Assembly (NCBI GenBank): GCA_043767805.1 | Contig: JAYUGC010000164.1 | Location: 1 to 23,031, forward strand | Length of the DNA: 23,031 nucleotides | Direction: 5' to 3' | DNA from: Pseudomonadota bacterium | GTDB lineage: Bacteria > Bdellovibrionota > FAC87 > UBA2466 | In this document: piece after piece, positions 17,176 to 23,031 of the stretch | Position numbering within the stretch: the first letter of the stretch is position 1 | Layout of the letters: the number at the start of each line of letters is the position of its first letter | Made by a program: the position numbers and the translations under genes | The notes under the pieces: generated by a model | What the model saw: the letters and a program-made list of their open reading frames with translations, nothing else | What the model was told of the DNA's origin: nothing | The model's database searches: none

Positions 17176-17769
17176 ATGTCGTTTCTCGCTCGCGTAGCTC
17201 TCATTCTCATTTCTCTTCTGGCTTCCTATTCGTCGATGGCGGATTCCTTCCCCGGAGGCCCTCTCGACGTCGTGCTTTCCGGAGAGGTCCTCTCCGTGAA
17301 AGACAATCGCCTCGGTGAGGCCTACGTCGTAAATGGCAACAAGGCGCGCGCTCAGGCGCGGGTCCAGGTCACGGTGCGTGGGTTTGCGGGAGGAAGCCTT
17401 CGCGAATGGCTGGAAGGCCGCCTGCCGCTCAAAGTTCAAGGGTACTTCGAGCGCGAGGACAAAGGTCTCGGGTTATTGACGCGATTTAAGCCGGTGACCT
17501 TTTCCTTAGATCCAGTCAGCCTTCGTTGCCAAAGGGACCAGGCGCCGGAATTTCGGCTGTGCACGGCTGAGTACTTGCTCTCGCGATCCAATACGGTGGA
17601 CGTGCCGCCGGGCGATAGCGGCGATCACCTCCTCGCGTTGCAGATGGTGCCGCCTCGGCAAGTGGATTTTGCTATCAAGATTGCTCGCGGTGCCTCCCGC
17701 GCCTTCAACGTCTTGACCGGCAAGCCGACGTTATCGATGTCTCAATTCGCCGGCCTACCTCAGCCCTAA
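17176..17769 (+). CDS. Secreted hypothetical protein (197 aa)
   Basis: GGAGG SD 5 nt before ATG; signal peptide MSFLARVALILISLLASYSSMA; followed by a terminator. Confidence 0.8.
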   Translation: MSFLARVALILISLLASYSSMADSFPGGPLDVVLSGEVLSVKDNRLGEAYVVNGNKARAQARVQVTVRGFAGGSLREWLEGRLPLKVQGYFEREDKGLGLLTRFKPVTFSLDPVSLRCQRDQAPEFRLCTAEYLLSRSNTVDVPPGDSGDHLLALQMVPPRQVDFAIKIARGASRAFNVLTGKPTLSMSQFAGLPQP

Positions 17770-17789
17770 ACGATCAAAGCCATCCTTCT

Positions 17790-17822
17790 AGGCCCGCTTC
17801 CTCGGCGAGGGAGCGGGCTTTT
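17790..17822 (+). terminator. Rho-independent terminator
   Basis: AGGCCCGCTTCCTC-GGC-GAGGGAGCGGGCTT stem running into a T-tract, 20 nt after the stop codon. Confidence 0.75.
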
Positions 17823-17856
17823 ATCTTAAAAGGTAGGGCGCTACCTTTTAAGATAA
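17821..17856. repeat. Perfect 16-bp inverted repeat with AAAAGGT core (REP-like)
   Basis: TTATCTTAAAAGGTAG-GGCG-CTACCTTTTAAGATAA. Confidence 0.8.
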
Positions 17857-18005
17857 CTATTTTGGGATGAGGGCTGAAAAGCGAACGAAACATTCGCTGA
17901 CGTAGGTTCTCGTTCCCAGTTTTCTCAGCTGGGCGCGGACATCGGTGAGCTCTTTTTGCAGTTTTCTTACCTGCTGGGTGATCTGGTGGTGCGATTGTTG
18001 CGGTT

Positions 18006-19187
18006 TTAGAACTTAACTTGGAGCTCGTTTAGGACCATGTGCTTTACCTGGGCCGAAGCGTAAACGCCGAAGGTGCCGCGGTTGGGGGCCTCGAAGATAT
18101 AATTCATCTGGTAGCGCATCGACGGATTTACGTACCAGTTCCAGCCGAACAACGCCGACTGCAGATCGGAATTTACGCCGACGACGCCGTGGCGCGAGTG
18201 CTCGTAACGGACTAGGAGCTCGAAGCCGCCTTCTTCGCCGCCCACGAGAAAATATCCGCCCTGAAGATAGCCGCCCCAAAGCGATCGCAGAGGATTGACG
18301 AGGGTGGCGACGGTATCGGAGTAGGTCACGCCCAAGACTTCCATCCGAAACGAAAAGGCCCGCGAGGTCACATCCAGATCCACTTCGAACCCATGGCGCC
18401 GGCCGGCGGCTTGCCCCGTAGCGTAGGGCACCATGGCGTGGTCGTAGAGGGAGACGGTCGTCGTGGGGTCGACATGGGTGTCGTAAGCAAATCCGAAGGT
18501 GAGCCCGCGCGCGGGATTGAAGACGACCTTCATTTGAACGTCTTTGTCGGCGTTGTTGTCCGTATCCGTCGAAAGGCTATTACCCGAGCCGTTAAAGACG
18601 CCCAGGTAGTAATTGAAAAAGCCTTCCGCCATCCGGCCGTAAACCATCGCGCCCATCTGGGTGTCCAGAAAACCCGCTGCGACGAGCGAGCTAAGCAGCG
18701 CCGACCGCTCCACGGTATCCAGCCGCCGCGAGGACCTCGCGTTCTCACTGGAAAAGGGCACCACGAATTTACCGAGCCGGAGCTGGAGATACTCTTTAAA
18801 GAGGGGCGTGGTGAGGCGAGTCTCGAGGATACCGACGTCGGACCCCACGACGCTCCCCGGAATGCGCACCGAGGGCGTTCCGATTTCCGTGAGAAGCTCC
18901 AGGTTCCGGTACATCTTCGCTACCAAATCGATACGGGCCCGGCGGACGCCGAACCCTAACAGCGCGTCTGGCCGAGTCGTCGAGCCCTGATAGCTCCCGA
19001 GAAAAAGATTGCCCGTGAATTGCCCGTATCCCATGAGGGAGAGCTGAAAAGCCTGGTCGGGGGAGCTCAGATAAAACCCGCCGCCGCCCTCTCTGACGCC
19101 GACTCCCCAGCTGGCGGTGGCGGGGTCGGCCGCTGACGCCGCCGCACCAACCCAAAATGCCAAGGCAGTGATACACTTTTTTAGCAT
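18006..19187 (-). CDS. Outer-membrane porin, OprO/OprP (phosphate-selective porin) superfamily-like
   Basis: Signal peptide; FGVRRARIDL, LRLGKFVVPFSSE, NYYLGVFNG, GWNWY, RYQMNY; terminal Phe (ELQVKF). Start is ATG 19187 or TTG 19193. Confidence 0.85.
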   Translation of the reverse strand: MLKKCITALAFWVGAAASAADPATASWGVGVREGGGGFYLSSPDQAFQLSLMGYGQFTGNLFLGSYQGSTTRPDALLGFGVRRARIDLVAKMYRNLELLTEIGTPSVRIPGSVVGSDVGILETRLTTPLFKEYLQLRLGKFVVPFSSENARSSRRLDTVERSALLSSLVAAGFLDTQMGAMVYGRMAEGFFNYYLGVFNGSGNSLSTDTDNNADKDVQMKVVFNPARGLTFGFAYDTHVDPTTTVSLYDHAMVPYATGQAAGRRHGFEVDLDVTSRAFSFRMEVLGVTYSDTVATLVNPLRSLWGGYLQGGYFLVGGEEGGFELLVRYEHSRHGVVGVNSDLQSALFGWNWYVNPSMRYQMNYIFEAPNRGTFGVYASAQVKHMVLNELQVKF

Positions 19188-19194
19188 CTTCAAT

Positions 19195-19223
19195 ACTTTA
19201 CTGTTCTGTAGTAGAAGAGTCTA
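19195..19223 (-). promoter_or_regulatory. Putative sigma70 promoter of the porin gene (leaderless geometry)
   Basis: TAGACT-N17-TAAAGT-N7-ATG on the minus strand; no SD. Confidence 0.5.
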
Positions 19224-19268
19224 GGCGGGTTAGGGGTCCCATTAACGACAGCTTTGGGAGATTCAGTG

Positions 19269-21014
19269 ATGAAACACACCGCGCTACTGCTTTGCGCTTT
19301 CCTAGCCATCGGCGCTCACGCCGAAAAGGTTTTCAAGTACTCGGAAAACGGAGTCGCCGCTAACCTGGATCCCACCCAGGCGAACACCATCTACGACTCC
19401 ATGATCCTGAAAAACATTTACGATACGCCTTATACGTATCTGTATCTGAAACGACCGTATGAGCTCGCCCCTCAGCTCGCGGAAGCGATGCCGAAGGTCA
19501 GCAAAGACGGCCTCACTTACACTTTTACGATCAAAAAGGGCGTCCTCTATGCCGACGATCCTTGTTTCAAGGACGGCAAAGGCCGCGAAGTCGTGGCGGA
19601 AGATTTCGTTTATGGCATGAAGCGCCATTTCGATCCCAATACCCGCTCGCGCAACACCTGGTTGTGGAAAGATCGCATTGTCGGTCTCGATGAGTGGAAA
19701 GAAAAGGGCTCGAACTACGCGAAAGACGTCGAGGGCCTTCAGGCCGTCGATAAGCACACCATCCGCATCAAGCTCAAAAAGCCGTATCCGCAGCTCCTCT
19801 ATACGCTCGCGATGGTTCCGGCCGGCTTCGTTCCCAAGGAAGCGGTCGATAAGTACGGCAAAGAGTTCGGTATCAAGCCCGTCGGCTCGGGTCCCTTCAG
19901 GCTCGAGTCCTTCAATAGCAAGAAGGCGGTCCTGGTCCGCAACCCGAACTACCGCGAAGAAAAGCTCGATCTCAAAGCCGAAGGCTATCACGAAGCGGCT
20001 TATGGCCGGTACGGACTCAAAGAGCTCGACGGCCAGAAACTTCCCATCGTCGACAAAGTGGAAGTTCACTTCTTCGACAACCCGATGCCTCGCTGGGCGT
20101 CTTTCTCCAAAGGCTCGGAGATCCATTCGACCGCCGTTCCCCCGGAACTTTTGAAAAACGTGACGTCCTCGACCAATCCCGTGAAGCTGAAGCCGGAGTA
20201 CGACAAGAAGTACAACTGGAAATCAGCGACGGAGTTTGGCCTCGTCTACACCAATTTCAACATGGACGACCCCCGGGTCGGCTATAGCTCCGATCCGAAG
20301 CAGGCGGAGAAAAACAAAGCGCTCCGTTGCGCGATTCGTAAGGGCTTTAACTGGCAGGAGCGCATCCGGAAGTTCTATTACGGCATCGGCGAAGCGTTTC
20401 CGGGCATCATCCCGCCCGGCATCGACGGTTACGATGCGGCCATGTCCAAAGAGTCCATCACCAACGACGTCGAAGGGGCGAAGAAGCTTCTCGCGGACGC
20501 GGGCTGGACGGCGAAGGACCTGCCGGTGCTTGAAGACGGAGGCGTCGCCAGTACGCTCAATCAGCAGTTTTTCGAGCAGTTCCGCGGCTGGATGCTGAAA
20601 ATCGGCTACCCGCGTGAAAAGATCAAAGCGCTCACCTACGCGACTTTCGGCGACTACAGCAAGGCCATGAAGGAGAAGAAAATTCTCATGCACGGGCTCG
20701 GCTGGGCCATCGACTATCCGGATAGCGAAAATCTCCTTCAGCTCTTTTACGGGCCGAACGAATCGCCCGGATCGAACTCGTCCAACTACAAGAATGCGAA
20801 ATACGACGAGCTTTTCAAGAAGTCGTCGACCATGCAGCCTTCGCCTGAGCGCACCGAGATCTACAAGCAGCTGAACAAGATGCTGGTCGACGACTGCGTG
20901 ACCATCGCGGGCTTCTCGCGCACGGGTATCGGCCTGTGGCACAAGAACGTGCTCATGTTCCCGGACAGAGACGTTCTGGGCGGCGCGTTCTTTAAGTACG
21001 TCGGAACGAAATAG
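19269..21014 (+). CDS. oppA: ABC transporter substrate-binding protein, family 5 (oligopeptide/dipeptide/nickel)
   Basis: GGGAG SD; signal peptide; NLDP, PQLAEAMPKVSKDGLTYTFTIK, AEDFVY, PVGSGPF and WAIDYPD motifs. The symbol is family-level only. Confidence 0.92.
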   Translation: MKHTALLLCAFLAIGAHAEKVFKYSENGVAANLDPTQANTIYDSMILKNIYDTPYTYLYLKRPYELAPQLAEAMPKVSKDGLTYTFTIKKGVLYADDPCFKDGKGREVVAEDFVYGMKRHFDPNTRSRNTWLWKDRIVGLDEWKEKGSNYAKDVEGLQAVDKHTIRIKLKKPYPQLLYTLAMVPAGFVPKEAVDKYGKEFGIKPVGSGPFRLESFNSKKAVLVRNPNYREEKLDLKAEGYHEAAYGRYGLKELDGQKLPIVDKVEVHFFDNPMPRWASFSKGSEIHSTAVPPELLKNVTSSTNPVKLKPEYDKKYNWKSATEFGLVYTNFNMDDPRVGYSSDPKQAEKNKALRCAIRKGFNWQERIRKFYYGIGEAFPGIIPPGIDGYDAAMSKESITNDVEGAKKLLADAGWTAKDLPVLEDGGVASTLNQQFFEQFRGWMLKIGYPREKIKALTYATFGDYSKAMKEKKILMHGLGWAIDYPDSENLLQLFYGPNESPGSNSSNYKNAKYDELFKKSSTMQPSPERTEIYKQLNKMLVDDCVTIAGFSRTGIGLWHKNVLMFPDRDVLGGAFFKYVGTK

Positions 21015-21035
21015 ATTCCGCGGGGCGGAATCTAT
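21011..21035 (+). other. Intercistronic stem-loop after the binding-protein gene
   Basis: ATAGATTCCGC-GGG-GCGGAATCTAT, an 11-bp perfect stem without a U-tract; typical mRNA-stabilising position in ABC operons. Confidence 0.6.
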
Positions 21036-21064
21036 CCTGAGGAGTCCGGCGACGAAGGATCTTG

Positions 21065-22018
21065 ATGGAAACTCTGGTCTACGCTTTCAGAAAGCTCCTG
21101 TATGGGCTTCCGCTCGTGCTCGGAGTCACGCTCATCAGCTTCGTGCTGATGGTGTACTTCGGGCCCGATAAGACTTACGACCTGCTCGGTAAGAACGCCA
21201 CCGTGCAGGAGATAGCGGAGGTCCGTCATCAGCTGGGTTATGACCGCCCGTTCGTGGCGCGGTACGCCGAGTACTTGAAAGAACTCGTCACCATGGACTT
21301 CGGCAATAGCGATTCCACGGGGGAGAAGGTGAGCTCCATTTTCGCGCGCACCGTGCCGGTCACTTTCGCGCTGTCTCTGCCGGGCTTCATTCTGGGGGAA
21401 CTACTCGCCATCGCCATCGCGCTGTTCGCGGCGTTTTACCGTGGGAGGTGGCAGGACCGGGTGGTGATGACACTCTCCGTGGTAGGGATGAGTATTTCGT
21501 TACTGGTCATCGTCATCGGCTTCCAGATTCTGTTTTGCTCGTCCTACGGCTTGAACCTCTTTCCCGTGACGGGGTGGAGTACCGAGAATTTTCACGAATA
21601 TCTGCTCTATGTCGCCGTCCCAACTCTGGTGAGCGTTTTCGTGAGCCTCGGCTATAACGCGCGGTTTTTCCGCGCGGTAGTCGTCGAGGAAATGGGCCGG
21701 GATCACATCCGCACCGCCTTGGCCTACGGCTGTCCTCCGCTTCCGCTGCTCTTTAAGCATGTGCTGAAGAACTGCATGGTGCCCATTATCACGCGTACGG
21801 TCTTTTCGATTCCGTATCTCTTTATCGGCGGAAGCCTCGTCATCGAAGGGTACTTCAGCATTCCTGGCATCGGGCTCAGCACTTATCAGGCGATCACCTC
21901 GGGCGATCAGCCTTTGATGAAGGCCTTGGTCGGCGTCACTGCCGTCGCTTACGTTTTCTGTCTCATTTTGACCGACATCCTGTATCAGGTCTTCGATCCG
22001 AGGATTAGTCTCAAATGA
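21065..22018 (+). CDS. oppB: Peptide ABC transporter permease (OppB/DppB)
   Basis: LGYDRP, DFGNS, EAA-like loop DHIRTALAYG, KHVLKN, FSIPGIG and DPRI motifs. Confidence 0.93.
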   Translation: METLVYAFRKLLYGLPLVLGVTLISFVLMVYFGPDKTYDLLGKNATVQEIAEVRHQLGYDRPFVARYAEYLKELVTMDFGNSDSTGEKVSSIFARTVPVTFALSLPGFILGELLAIAIALFAAFYRGRWQDRVVMTLSVVGMSISLLVIVIGFQILFCSSYGLNLFPVTGWSTENFHEYLLYVAVPTLVSVFVSLGYNARFFRAVVVEEMGRDHIRTALAYGCPPLPLLFKHVLKNCMVPIITRTVFSIPYLFIGGSLVIEGYFSIPGIGLSTYQAITSGDQPLMKALVGVTAVAYVFCLILTDILYQVFDPRISLK

Positions 22019-22893
22019 CGGCGAATATCGTAAAAGCCGAGCCCCGGGACTCGCTTTGGAAGCGCGCCTACCGCAAGCTCTCCAAGGACAAAGTCGGCAT
22101 TGCGGCGCTTGCCGTCGTCCTTCTTTATTTGATCATCGCGCTCGGCGTGCGGTTTCTGAACTGGGGCGAGGGCTGGGACGAGCTGGTGAAAGACGGCTGG
22201 ACGCCCATGTCGCCCGAGCATTGGTTCGGCACGAACCGCAACGGGCAGGACATCTATAAGCGAACCATCTACAGCACCAAAACCGCTTTCGAAGTTGGGA
22301 TCCTCGTCGCCCTGTTCTCGACGCTCCTGGGCGGCCTGCTCGGCTGTATCTCGGGTTTCTTCAGCGGCACGTGGATCGATGAAGTCATCATCTGGCTCTA
22401 CGGCTGTCTGGATTCCATTCCGTTTTTTCTTTTCGTGGCGGCGGTGGCCTTTGCCATGAAGGCCAGCCCCTGGGCCATGCACATCGCCATGATCGCGACT
22501 TTCTGGACGACGACCGCAAGGCTCGTGCGCGGCGAAGTGATCAAGATCAAGTACTTCGAGTACATCGAAGCGGCCCGCGCCCTCGGTGTCCCGAAAAGCC
22601 GCATCTTGTTCCGCCACATCTTGCCCAACACGACTCACATCCTTCTTGTGCAAAGCACCATCGTTTTCGTCACCGCCATCAAGAACGAAGTCATCTTGAG
22701 TTTCTTGGGACTCGGCGTGAAAGAGGGCATCAGCTGGGGTCTCATGATCGGAGAGGCCGCTTCCGAAGTGGGCGCGGGGGAGTTCAATAACCTCATCGCT
22801 TCATCCGTCTTCATGTTCGTCCTCGTGATGGCGTTCAATCTCTTTTCCGATTCCCTCCAGGACGCCCTCGATCCGCGGAAGGTTAGCGCATGA
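22015..22893 (+). CDS. oppC: Peptide ABC transporter permease (OppC/DppC)
   Basis: [34 protein letters not shown] and DALDPR motifs; ATGA overlap. Confidence 0.93.
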   Translation: MTANIVKAEPRDSLWKRAYRKLSKDKVGIAALAVVLLYLIIALGVRFLNWGEGWDELVKDGWTPMSPEHWFGTNRNGQDIYKRTIYSTKTAFEVGILVALFSTLLGGLLGCISGFFSGTWIDEVIIWLYGCLDSIPFFLFVAAVAFAMKASPWAMHIAMIATFWTTTARLVRGEVIKIKYFEYIEAARALGVPKSRILFRHILPNTTHILLVQSTIVFVTAIKNEVILSFLGLGVKEGISWGLMIGEAASEVGAGEFNNLIASSVFMFVLVMAFNLFSDSLQDALDPRKVSA

Positions 22894-23031
22894 GCGATTT
22901 ACTCTCCGTAAAAGATCTCAAAGTTGAGTTCCAGACCGACCGCGGAGTAGTGCGCGCGGTGGATGGGATTAGCTTCAGTCTCGCGCATGGCGAGACTCTG
23001 GGAGTCGTGGGGGAATCGGGCTGCGGCAAGA
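22890..23031 (+). CDS. oppD: Peptide ABC transporter ATP-binding protein (OppD/DppD), partial
   Basis: Read by hand: [47 protein letters not shown] (Walker A); ATGA overlap with oppC; truncated by the window edge. Confidence 0.92.
   Translation, partial: MSDLLSVKDLKVEFQTDRGVVRAVDGISFSLAHGETLGVVGESGCGK

Overview
GC-rich bacterial window. The gene style (many secreted hypotheticals, an IPT/Kelch giant, Gly-rich proteins) suggests a Bdellovibrionota/deltaproteobacterial-like lineage, but that is inference only. From left to right it contains: a frameshifted Gly-rich secreted-protein gene running off the left edge; a 14-Cys secreted hypothetical protein directly under a canonical-looking TPP riboswitch; a 48-aa secreted mini-ORF; a translationally coupled adenine deaminase / NCS2 purine permease / eukaryote-type UDP-glucose pyrophosphorylase-family operon; an ABC-2 (YadG/YadH-like) pair split by a ~4 kb gene for a propeller-8xIPT/TIG-7xKelch surface protein whose signal peptide is out of frame; a secreted protein with a helix-hairpin-helix motif; a HAD hydrolase head-to-head with a Cu(I) P1B-ATPase; a secreted hypothetical behind a sigma54-type promoter with upstream dyad repeats; an OprO/P-like porin; and an opp/dpp ABC operon truncated at the right edge. 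The most notable signal is the TPP riboswitch controlling a protein unlike any thiamine gene I recognise. No tRNA, rRNA, CRISPR array, transposase or integrase was seen. All calls are by eye; no database searches were run.
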